From IMG/VR virus record IMGVR_UViG_3300008267_005860: a stretch of DNA of 64,000 bases; one strand, given 5' to 3'. A program made the position numbers and the translations under genes. Source of the stretch: an uncultured virus (IMG/VR IMGVR_UViG_3300008267_005860) (Duplodnaviria; Heunggongvirae; Uroviricota; Caudoviricetes). Positions 1 through 9,059 of the stretch are shown here, in pieces (within the stretch, counting starts at the first letter, position 1; every line of letters starts with the position of its first letter). The notes below the pieces were generated by a model. That model had not been told where the DNA came from, made no database searches, and saw only the letters and a list, made by a program, of their open reading frames with translations.

Positions 1-1004
1 TCTTATCTATAGTTCAGTGGGAACAGAATGGATTCCAGGACTACTATCAACTATTGCATTTAGTGGCAGCTACGGAGATCTTGGAGGTGCGCCAACTACT
101 TTAAGTTCTTTTACTAACGATACAGGATTTACTACATTCAGCGGCAGTTATGATGATCTAACAAACAAACCTACAATACCTACAAACACAGATCAATTAA
201 CTAACGGTGCTGGTTTTATTACTAGTTACACAGAAACTGATCCAGTTTTTAGTAGCAGTGCAGCGGGTGGAATTACTAGTACACAAGTTACTAATTGGGA
301 TGCTGCCTACGGATGGGGTGACCATGCCCTCGGCGGTTACATGACAAGCTATACAGAAACTGATCCTGTGTTTAGTGTCAGTTCTGCTGCTGGAATTACT
401 AGCACACAAATTACTAATTGGGATACTGCCTATGGTTGGGGTGACCATTCCACTGTTGGTTACTTGACTAGCTACACTGAAACAGACCCTGTATTCACAG
501 GTAGTGCAGCAGGTGGAATTTCTAGTACACAAGTTACTAATTGGGACACTGCCTACGGATGGGGTGACCATAATAGTGCAGGGTATTTAGAAACCGCAGA
601 CTTAACCAACACAACTTTACAAACAAGTTTAACATTAAACGCAGCGGCTACTGAATTTGCTATAACTAGAAATACTGCCGGATCATTAACTGCTGTTGAA
701 AGATTGTTTAAAGGTACATATACTCAACTAGCAGATAATACCACAGAAACAGTAAACATGTTTACATTTGATACTAATATCTACGGTACTGTTAGATACA
801 CAATTACATGGTCGTCATCCCTTGGTGATATAAACATCAGCGAGTGCAAACGGTACAACAGCAGGCACTAAACCATACGGAACTAATAACGTATCACTTA
901 ACGTAGGGACTGGAGTTGTAACTGTAAGAGCCACTACTAATACAACATCTGTACTAGGTACCGTATACAATTACACTATCCATGCAGTACAATATGCAGT
1001 ATAA
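1..1004 (+). CDS. Tail-fibre-like virion protein, 5'-truncated by the window, with an apparent +1 frame break near 834-871
   Basis: Frame open from base 2; Thr/Gly/Ser-rich with three 41-aa repeats. The track ORF stops at 871, but frame 843..1004 continues with similar composition (SANGTTAGTKPYGTNNVSLNVGTGVVTVRA...YAV*). Confidence 0.6.
223..591 (+). repeat. Three tandem ~123-nt coding repeats (SYTETDPVF...TSTQVTNWDxAYGWGDH)
   Basis: Visible in protein and DNA; copies differ mostly at synonymous positions. Confidence 0.9.
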
Positions 1005-1021
1005 TGTAATAGTAAGGTACT

Positions 1022-1029
1022 GATAAATA
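1022..1029 (+). promoter_or_regulatory. T4-late-like promoter motif GATAAATA
   Basis: Intergenic, 18 nt before a structural gene; the TAAATA core recurs before many structural genes here. Confidence 0.7.
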
Positions 1030-1047
1030 TTACTATATGAGCGCAAT

Positions 1048-4000
1048 ATGAGTATAACAACAGTCAATCTTGGAACATACGCAAATGACGGGACCGGTGA
1101 TGATCTACGCACGGCCTTTATTAAAGCCAACAACAATTTTTCAACTCTTGACACTACCAAAGTTGAATTTGCTGAAAATTTAGGTACAGGCAGTCCAGTA
1201 TTTGCAGACAAAGATACTGTTACCCTACAATTTAGAAGTATAAAGCAAGGCGCAAACATGATTATTTCTCACAATGGTGAGGAAATAACTGTAGCTGCTC
1301 CAGATAGTATTAATGCATTAGAAGAAGATCTTAATCCAAAATTAGGAGGAGATCTAGACTTAAATGGTTATAGTATATTTGCTAACTTACCAATTGAAGT
1401 TACTGCTCATAATACTACAATTTTACTTTCTGCTTACAATACAATCACTGAAAACTTTAATGCAATAACTTTAAATTCTTTAGTGATCAGTGGAAACAAT
1501 AAAAATATTCCAGGCGAAACACTGATAACAAATAGAGTCGGAGATTCGCTTACTTTTTACTCTAATCAAAATTTAACGTTAGGTGCAGTTAATGGAGTTC
1601 TTAATTTAGAAGCAGGTGTATCAATAAATGCCACTGCTGAAATTAATGCACCATTCTTTGTTGGAGATTTGACAGGAAATGTCACAGGTGATCTTACAGG
1701 AAATGTCACAGGTAATTTAACAGGTAACAGTACTGGAACACACATTGGACCAGTAAATGGCAACGTTGCTGGTAACGTATTAGGTAATGTCACAGGTAAT
1801 TTAACAGGCAACGTTAGAGCATCTAACGGTCTTACGGTATTAGATGCCGGAACTACTGGCTTTAACGCTCAATTTACTGGCAGTGTTATTGGCAATGTTA
1901 CTGGTCAAGTAAGCGATATAAGTAATCATAATTTAGCAGCACTAGGCGATGTTGCGTCAACTGCACCAGCTAACGGTCAAGCACTGGTATGGAACGGTAC
2001 TACTTGGACGCCCGGAACTATTACTTCTGGCGTAAGTAAAATAATTGCAGGTGCTAATGTTACAATATCACCAACTAATGGTCTCGGTGATGTTACTATT
2101 AATTCTTCAAGTAGTGCTACAACTTTAGATCAACTTACTGATGTTGCCATTAGTTCTCCAACAAGCGGACAGGTTTTACAATACAATGGTGCTGCTTGGG
2201 TCAACGCCACTAATAGTGGAGGTGGGGTTAGTGATAGTTTTGACTTTGGAACATTAGGCGGAAACATTACCAATCCATTGCAGTTACTAGTTCAAGCGTT
2301 GCCAGTTGATTTTGAAACATTCGATTATCAAACTGGTTTAAATTTAGATCTTGGAACTATAGACGGTGGTGGTGGACTTATAGAATGGACTACTGGCGAT
2401 GTAGACGGTGGTGGTCCAGCAACTGCGATATTTGACACATACGCTGACGGTGGAAATCCATTGAGTTCTATATTTGCTGCAATCATGGACGGTGGTAGCC
2501 CACTGGCATTAGCTGAATGGTCTGCAGGTGATGTAGATGGTGGAACACCACCTACTACAATATTTGACTCCTTTATAGACAATGGAACTCCATCGAGTTC
2601 CGTATTTGCTGCTACAGCAGACGGCGGCCCAGTTGTTCCTGAACCAACCTTTAGTGTTGTTGCTGTTGCATCTAGTGTTGACGAAGGTAGCAGTTTAACA
2701 TTTAACGTATCTGGTTCAAACATCACTAACGGTACATATTACTGGACTGTGTCTAGTGGTGGGGACTTTGGCGCATCACTTGGCGCAGCAGCTTCAGGTT
2801 CATTTACCATTACAAGCAATTCAGGTTCATTCAGTGTAACTCCTACAGCTGACACTACTACAGAAGGTGTAGAAACATTTACTGTGTCAGTGCGTACTGG
2901 CAGTACAAGTGGTACAGTAGTGGCAACTAGCAGCGCAGTTACTATTAACGACACAAGTACAACACCAGCACCTGGAGTGACATATAGTGTTACTCCTGCC
3001 GCGTCTAGTGTTAATGAAGGCAGCAGTTTAACATTTAATGTATCCGGTTCAGGTATTACAGACGGTACATATTACTGGACTATAACTAATTCAGGTGATT
3101 TTGGTACAATATCAGGATCGTTTACTATTACAAGTAATGCGGGATCATTCAGCGTAACTCCTACTGCTGACACTACTACAGAAGGCAGTGAGACATTTAC
3201 TGCATCAATTCGCACTGGCAGTACAAGTGGTACTGTAGTAGCAATCGGTGGTGGCGCAAGTGGTTCAATTGATGGCGGTGGCGGTGGCGGTGGTCTTGGC
3301 TGGAAAAATTATATACCTGTTGTTCCAGGTCAAAGTTATACAGTAGTAGTAGGCAATGCTGGAACTACTGATGTATTCGGAACTCCTGCAAACGGTAGCG
3401 ATAGTTACTTTATATCAGCAGCGATTGTTAAAGGTGGCGGTGGCCAGGCCCGTCGAGGAATATACTACCCAGATCCATTAGGACACGGCGGAACATATAC
3501 TGGAGACGGCGGTGGTGACGGAGGTCGTAGTTTTGGCGGCGCCAGTGGCTCATCTGGGGTTTATTTCGGTGGAGGTAGTGCTGGAGGATATCTCGATGAC
3601 GGAGCAAATGGTACTTCAGGTGCTAACAACGGCAACGGTATTGGTTTGTTAGGAGTCGGGTCAGCAGGTGTAGGAATGTTATACGGTGGTGGACGCCTTG
3701 GTGCTAGTGAAACTGCTAGTATTAATGTAGGCTTCAGTGGTGGACACGGAGCAGTACGTATTGTATGGGGCGAGGGCGTAAGTTATCCAAGCAATGCTCA
3801 ATATCTACCAATTGCAGTACCCGGCGAATTCAATCTACCAAGATTTTGTCTTACTAGCAATAACGCATTTATGTTGGAATTAGAGGAAGATACTACAAAT
3901 ACTCCAACATTTGTGTTTGATGTAACTGGCTTTAATGTTATCAGTAACAACGCATTCATGATCGAGCTTGAAGAAGACACTACAAATACCCCAACATTTG

Positions 4001-4143
4001 AGATAGATGTAACTGGATTTAATGTGATCAGTAACAACGCATTTATGTTGGAATTAGAGGAAGATACTACAAATACTCCAACATTTGAGTTTGATGTAAC
4101 TGGTTTTGACGTTAAGAGTAATAATGATTATTTTACTCCTTAA
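1048..4143 (+). CDS. Baseplate/tail-fibre structural protein (T4 gp9/gp10-like N-terminus, GNVT repeats, two Ig/Calx-beta-like repeats, Gly-rich domain)
   Basis: N-terminal NLGTYANDGTGDDLRTAFIKANNNF motif; GNVTGNLT runs; duplicated ASSVxEGSSLTFNVSGS domain. Confidence 0.75.
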   Translation: MSITTVNLGTYANDGTGDDLRTAFIKANNNFSTLDTTKVEFAENLGTGSPVFADKDTVTLQFRSIKQGANMIISHNGEEITVAAPDSINALEEDLNPKLGGDLDLNGYSIFANLPIEVTAHNTTILLSAYNTITENFNAITLNSLVISGNNKNIPGETLITNRVGDSLTFYSNQNLTLGAVNGVLNLEAGVSINATAEINAPFFVGDLTGNVTGDLTGNVTGNLTGNSTGTHIGPVNGNVAGNVLGNVTGNLTGNVRASNGLTVLDAGTTGFNAQFTGSVIGNVTGQVSDISNHNLAALGDVASTAPANGQALVWNGTTWTPGTITSGVSKIIAGANVTISPTNGLGDVTINSSSSATTLDQLTDVAISSPTSGQVLQYNGAAWVNATNSGGGVSDSFDFGTLGGNITNPLQLLVQALPVDFETFDYQTGLNLDLGTIDGGGGLIEWTTGDVDGGGPATAIFDTYADGGNPLSSIFAAIMDGGSPLALAEWSAGDVDGGTPPTTIFDSFIDNGTPSSSVFAATADGGPVVPEPTFSVVAVASSVDEGSSLTFNVSGSNITNGTYYWTVSSGGDFGASLGAAASGSFTITSNSGSFSVTPTADTTTEGVETFTVSVRTGSTSGTVVATSSAVTINDTSTTPAPGVTYSVTPAASSVNEGSSLTFNVSGSGITDGTYYWTITNSGDFGTISGSFTITSNAGSFSVTPTADTTTEGSETFTASIRTGSTSGTVVAIGGGASGSIDGGGGGGGLGWKNYIPVVPGQSYTVVVGNAGTTDVFGTPANGSDSYFISAAIVKGGGGQARRGIYYPDPLGHGGTYTGDGGGDGGRSFGGASGSSGVYFGGGSAGGYLDDGANGTSGANNGNGIGLLGVGSAGVGMLYGGGRLGASETASINVGFSGGHGAVRIVWGEGVSYPSNAQYLPIAVPGEFNLPRFCLTSNNAFMLELEEDTTNTPTFVFDVTGFNVISNNAFMIELEEDTTNTPTFEIDVTGFNVISNNAFMLELEEDTTNTPTFEFDVTGFDVKSNNDYFTP
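3856..4125 (+). repeat. Three tandem 87-nt coding repeats (SNNAFMLELEEDTTNTPTFxFDVTGFNVI)
   Basis: Units start at 3856, 3943 and 4030. Confidence 0.92.
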
Positions 4144-4149
4144 TAAATA
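4142..4149 (+). promoter_or_regulatory. Late-promoter-like AATAAATA
   Basis: TAAATA core ~22 nt before the ATG at 4172. Confidence 0.55.
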
Positions 4150-4171
4150 CATGTAATAGGAAAAAGTTAAA

Positions 4172-4696
4172 ATGGCAACATATTCAGCACAAGTTAGTCG
4201 ATTAGTTACTAGAAGAACATTCGACATGATTTTTACACCCGAACTAAACAACACCCCAACACCATACAATGGAAGTGTTTCTGACAGGACTTACCCAATG
4301 CGGGCAATGACTATATATTCTGGTGCTCAACCTACAGCACAGACAGTAGAAAGCAATTGGACTGCTTATAAAAGCAGCAACACTAATTGCCTTGCTCACT
4401 ACAATAACATGGTTAGTTTTTTATACAATGCATCAACAAAAACTTATTATTTTACCAATACATTAAGTACTATAACCACTAATGCCTTGCGTTCAGGAAC
4501 TGCTAGTTGGGCAATAATTTGGATGGCTACCACTGTAGACGTTAGCCTTAATGCTATTCCTGCATCAAGTAAATTTGTTGTAGTGCCGGTTTCGGATACT
4601 ACAGGTGTTGGCGCTATTAGATACACTGATACAACAGCCACACTAGGACAACCGTTTGTTCCCTACGACGGTGGCGTAACATTAACTGAGGTATAA
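4172..4696 (+). CDS. Putative virion structural protein
   Basis: Thr-rich beta-type composition, structural cluster, AGGA RBS. Confidence 0.6.
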   Translation: MATYSAQVSRLVTRRTFDMIFTPELNNTPTPYNGSVSDRTYPMRAMTIYSGAQPTAQTVESNWTAYKSSNTNCLAHYNNMVSFLYNASTKTYYFTNTLSTITTNALRSGTASWAIIWMATTVDVSLNAIPASSKFVVVPVSDTTGVGAIRYTDTTATLGQPFVPYDGGVTLTEV

Positions 4697-4700
4697 GAAC

Positions 4701-5264
4701 ATGGCAACAATGACCATAAGCACAGCATTTACAGCAGACATAGTAGATAGTTTAACCTATCGTAATGCGGCAGATTCTGCATATGAATATCCAACTTGGC
4801 AGTTTTATAACAGCGGCGACTCATCTCACATTAGCCGTGGCGCTGAAGCAAATAGTACAAGTACTCCCGAAAAAGGTAGTTTGTTTGCGGGATATTCAGT
4901 AGTAAATAACGGCGGCGCAGGCGGCACAATGACGTTAGAGACCAGCCTTACTACATTTGCTTTTAAAAATTCCTCCGGAACAACATTAACTTCTTGGACA
5001 GCACATGAAATAGTATCGAGAACCATTGATGCCAACGGTTACTGTGTGCTAACTAATTTCCCACAAAAAACTCCCGTTGTTGCTGGTACCATTGAGCAGT
5101 TGGTTATTACCAATGGTGTTAAAGTAATTACATTTGTTGTGGGAGACGAAGGCAGTAGTTCAGACGTTGAGTTTAACGATCGAACATTGGTAACAACCCA
5201 ACCCTGGCGTTTAGATACGTCAATTAAATTCAGAATTCCAATGGCTTGGAATTGGAGTACATAA
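4701..5264 (+). CDS. Putative virion structural protein
   Basis: Similar size and C-terminal pattern to the preceding ORF; GAGG RBS. Confidence 0.55.
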   Translation: MATMTISTAFTADIVDSLTYRNAADSAYEYPTWQFYNSGDSSHISRGAEANSTSTPEKGSLFAGYSVVNNGGAGGTMTLETSLTTFAFKNSSGTTLTSWTAHEIVSRTIDANGYCVLTNFPQKTPVVAGTIEQLVITNGVKVITFVVGDEGSSSDVEFNDRTLVTTQPWRLDTSIKFRIPMAWNWST

Positions 5265-5276
5265 GGATATATTAAC

Positions 5277-6506
5277 ATGACTGTAAAAATTCAATTTAGA
5301 CGTGGGGCAGCTAGTGCATGGACTTCTGCTGATACAACTTTAAGCGCAGGTGAGCCTGGGTTTGAAACTGACACAGGTAAGTTCAAAGTTGGTGACGGCT
5401 CCCTTTCATGGACAGCCTTACCGTACGCAGCGGGACTAGAAAGTCTACGCTTACAAGATCTAACAAACGTTTCAGCAACAGCCCCAACTAATGGACAAGT
5501 GCTTACATGGAATACTGATGGTAGTACTTGGCAACCAACTACACCATCTGGCGGGGGAGGTTCAGTTAACATCGACGATCTATTAGACGTTAATGTTGTA
5601 GGAACTCCTTCAACAGGACAGGTACTCAAATGGGACGGAACTTTTTGGACCAACGGAACAGACGATGCGGGCGGTGGTGGCTCAACTTCAGAACTAGTCA
5701 ACGGTGCATTTACGTTTGAACTTGACGTATTAGGGCACATTAAGATGGCAGCTGATGCAGAAAGCAATTCTCGTATGCGAGGCACTGGTGGCAGCTATCC
5801 TTGGTTGCTTGCTGGTCTTGGTGATACCGGAGGTGTGGAATTATCTTGGGTTAACGTAGATCCTAGTGCTGATGCTGGCGGTGTAACTCCAGGCGCCGGA
5901 GATATTTTTCACACTGGCACAACTCTTAATACTCTTTACATTAACCAAAACGGACTTACAGTACGTCTAGATGCTAACAACGTAGGATATCAAAATTGGC
6001 AATTTAACACTGATGGCACAACAGACTTTCCAGGCTTTACTATGCCTGCCACAGACGGTACCATTGGTCAGATATTGACCACTGATGGTGCTGGTAACGT
6101 TGCATGGGATGATCCAGCAGTTGGCGGTTTTACAAGAACTACCGCAGTGGGAACTACCAGTTCGTTAAATGATGGTGCTACAGGACCTATTAATATCACT
6201 GGTTTTAAATCTTACTCTCTGTTAAAAGTTCAAACAAGTGCCGCTTCATGGGTAAGAATTTACGTCAGCGAATCAGCAAGACAAGCAGATGCTAGCAGAG
6301 CAGAAGGCGTTGATCCAAGTCCTGGTGCTGGTGTTATTGCAGAAATTATTACCACAGGTGCTGAAACTATTTTAATTAGTCCTGCAACAATAGGATTTAA
6401 CGACGATGATCCAGTAACAACAGATATTCCTGTAAGAGTAACTAATAAGAGTGGATCAACTGCAACTATTACTGTAACACTTACATTATTACAATTAGAA
6501 GTATGA
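5277..6506 (+). CDS. Tail-fibre protein with Mtd-N/hyaluronidase-like N-terminal domain
   Basis: KIQFRRG...W...LSAGEPGFETDTGKFKVGDG motif; LxDLxDV...GQVLxW fibre repeats. Confidence 0.75.
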   Translation: MTVKIQFRRGAASAWTSADTTLSAGEPGFETDTGKFKVGDGSLSWTALPYAAGLESLRLQDLTNVSATAPTNGQVLTWNTDGSTWQPTTPSGGGGSVNIDDLLDVNVVGTPSTGQVLKWDGTFWTNGTDDAGGGGSTSELVNGAFTFELDVLGHIKMAADAESNSRMRGTGGSYPWLLAGLGDTGGVELSWVNVDPSADAGGVTPGAGDIFHTGTTLNTLYINQNGLTVRLDANNVGYQNWQFNTDGTTDFPGFTMPATDGTIGQILTTDGAGNVAWDDPAVGGFTRTTAVGTTSSLNDGATGPINITGFKSYSLLKVQTSAASWVRIYVSESARQADASRAEGVDPSPGAGVIAEIITTGAETILISPATIGFNDDDPVTTDIPVRVTNKSGSTATITVTLTLLQLEV

Positions 6507-6507
6507 T

Positions 6508-9048
6508 ATGGCAATTTACAGACATTATGTGGTCACTCTTAAAAATAAGAGTGATTTAGAACAATTCTACCAAGACATGGAAACAGAAGGGCAATTTGAA
6601 TTTGCCCCTTCTAGATCTGTTGAATGCGTTCATAAAAGAAATATAAGTCGAAACACTCACTATCGTTTAACTAATGCTGAAGCAGAAATATTAAGACAAG
6701 ACCCTCGAGTACAGGGTGTTGAGCTAGATATACAAGAAACTAATCTAGTCAACGAACTCCATGCTGTGCAAACAGGTACATTTAGTCGAGCAACTGAACC
6801 TACTATTGGACAACGTAACTGGGGTTTATATAGATCTGTTTTAAGAACTAATCCAGAAAACTGGGGTTCTGAAACTTCACTAACAGAAAAAACAGCCAGT
6901 GTTAATTTTACCGAAACTGGACTTGATGTTGATGTTGTTGTATTAGACGACATTGCATATCCAACACATTTTGAAATCAATGGAAAACTTACACAGTATG
7001 ATTGGTATGCCAATCATGATGCTGCGGTTCGTGGTGCAGCAGTTAGCATTACTAACGTTGAAAGAGACAGTAGCAATAGAGCCACAGTAACTACCAACGG
7101 AGCACACAGTCTTGCAGTTGGAATGATTGTCACCGTTACCTGTACCAGTGACGCAACTTATAATGCCACAGATGTTGCAATAACTGCTGTGTCAGCTAGT
7201 ATCAACGGTGGTATTGTTGATAAGTTTAGATATGCCAATACTGGATCACAAGAAAATACTAAATCTGCTACAGGTACATGGGTTGGTAAGTACAAATATT
7301 ATACAACCACACCCGGAGACAGCTACACTGGCGCAAATAATCATGCTACTCACGTGGCCGGTATCATAGCAGGTGAAAATCAAGGATGGGCCAAAGATGC
7401 TAACCTATTTAATTTAAGACATGATACTGCAAACTATGACTTAAATCCTTCATCAGCTAATCAATATACTCCCCTAGGTTATGTTATTGACTACCTTCGT
7501 GCATGGCATAACAACAAAGGCAACAGCAATCCTACAATAGTAAATTGTAGCTGGGGGTTAGGTACTAGAATTATTGGAAAAAATAATCCTTACACAGGTA
7601 ACATAAAATCTAGATTTAGTGAAATTAGATACCAAGGTCAGACAATAACTCCACAAAGCCTCGGAAACCCAGAAGTTGACACAGGGTATTCTGGAGTATG
7701 TAGTGCTACTGCAAGATTAGCTACACTTCAATCAATAGTAAATGGCGGTAATAGAATTGCCACTGTGTCAGGAAGTGCTACAGTGGACACATTAGCAAAG
7801 AATATACTAGGTAGAACAGGCATGACTTTAGTAGGAGCTCCTACTGGATCAAGCCCAACTGGCGTAGACGAATACGACGATGCTGCTTGGCAAATTTCGT
7901 TGCCGTTTGACATTTCCTATTTAGGTACTACATACGGCCCATCTCAAATTGGTGCTGATCCTAACCTAGGTACTATATGGATTAGTTCAAACAGTTTTGT
8001 ACTATTTGGTGGTAGTGCTGCCGGCTGCTATACTGTAACAGTGGGTGCAGAAGGTCCTGCTGCTAGAAAAATACATGTTTCAGCTGGAGATAGAAGCTGC
8101 CAGAGAATATACACACAAACCAGCGGAACAACTCCAAACAGAACATTTAGAGTGCGTTGGGAAGGACACGATGCAGCCAATGGTGGTGTAGACGATGCTC
8201 CTACAGTAGTTTGGGAAATGACGTTCTACGAATCCTCAGGCAGCGGCAGTGGTGTAACTAATGCTACGGTTGACCTACATATAGATCAAAATTCAAACTA
8301 TAGAGGTGAATTCACTACTCAGCAATTATTATCCTACGGTGTTAATATCAATTATAATAATTCTCCACAGCGCAATGCTGCCTTTGAAGCAGACATGGAT
8401 GATGCTATCCTTGACGGAATTATATTTGTCTGTTCTGCAGGCAACGATGCTCACAAAATAGATCTACCTGGTGGACAAGACTACGACAACTATTTTGTAG
8501 ATAACGGAATACCTTATTATTATCACAGAGGTTCAACACCCGGAGCACATCCTGATGTTATATGCGTAGGTGCGCTATCTAGCTCAAGTGCAGAATATAA
8601 GATGCAGGCCAGTAATACTGGTCCCAGAGTAGATATCTATGCTCCAGGTATGAATGTTATTTCCGGAGTATATGACGGAACTGGTGATTCAGGGCCCACA
8701 AGTTCAGCGACGACTGTTGTTGAGAACGGTTCTACGTATCAAAAGTACAATGGTTCAAGTATGGCCACTGCACAGGTCACTGGATATCTTGCACTAGTAT
8801 TAGAAAAATATCCTGCATTTACTCAAAGTCAAATTAACACATATCTGCTGTCACATGCAACTTTTGGAAAAATGTTTGAAACCTATGATGGCTACAATGA
8901 TGTAACATCACTGCAGGACGGAAACAACCTTATACTTTATTATTTTAAGGACAGGGCAGAACAGGGAACAGTATTTCCTTCTTATGCATTAGGCGCAAGA
9001 CCTACTGACGGGCAAACTTACCCTAGAGTTAAAATAAGAAGAACATAA
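6508..9048 (+). CDS. Subtilisin-like (S8) serine protease, probably virion-associated
   Basis: DVVVLDD (Asp), HATHVAG (His), SAGND (oxyanion Asn), NGSSMA (Ser), VDIYAPG; N-terminal prodomain-like region. Confidence 0.88.
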   Translation: MAIYRHYVVTLKNKSDLEQFYQDMETEGQFEFAPSRSVECVHKRNISRNTHYRLTNAEAEILRQDPRVQGVELDIQETNLVNELHAVQTGTFSRATEPTIGQRNWGLYRSVLRTNPENWGSETSLTEKTASVNFTETGLDVDVVVLDDIAYPTHFEINGKLTQYDWYANHDAAVRGAAVSITNVERDSSNRATVTTNGAHSLAVGMIVTVTCTSDATYNATDVAITAVSASINGGIVDKFRYANTGSQENTKSATGTWVGKYKYYTTTPGDSYTGANNHATHVAGIIAGENQGWAKDANLFNLRHDTANYDLNPSSANQYTPLGYVIDYLRAWHNNKGNSNPTIVNCSWGLGTRIIGKNNPYTGNIKSRFSEIRYQGQTITPQSLGNPEVDTGYSGVCSATARLATLQSIVNGGNRIATVSGSATVDTLAKNILGRTGMTLVGAPTGSSPTGVDEYDDAAWQISLPFDISYLGTTYGPSQIGADPNLGTIWISSNSFVLFGGSAAGCYTVTVGAEGPAARKIHVSAGDRSCQRIYTQTSGTTPNRTFRVRWEGHDAANGGVDDAPTVVWEMTFYESSGSGSGVTNATVDLHIDQNSNYRGEFTTQQLLSYGVNINYNNSPQRNAAFEADMDDAILDGIIFVCSAGNDAHKIDLPGGQDYDNYFVDNGIPYYYHRGSTPGAHPDVICVGALSSSSAEYKMQASNTGPRVDIYAPGMNVISGVYDGTGDSGPTSSATTVVENGSTYQKYNGSSMATAQVTGYLALVLEKYPAFTQSQINTYLLSHATFGKMFETYDGYNDVTSLQDGNNLILYYFKDRAEQGTVFPSYALGARPTDGQTYPRVKIRRT

Positions 9049-9059
9049 GGATTAGCAGT

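Noticed and set aside
1009..1036. Hairpin ATAGTAA/TTACTAT around the late motif at 1022
   Set aside because: 7-bp, nearly all A-T stem with a long loop that does not cover an RBS; could be chance.
3856..6506. Diversity-generating retroelement (Mtd-like N-terminus plus nearby repeats)
   Set aside because: No reverse transcriptase; repeat differences are mostly synonymous rather than adenine-specific; only the Mtd N-terminal anchor is present.
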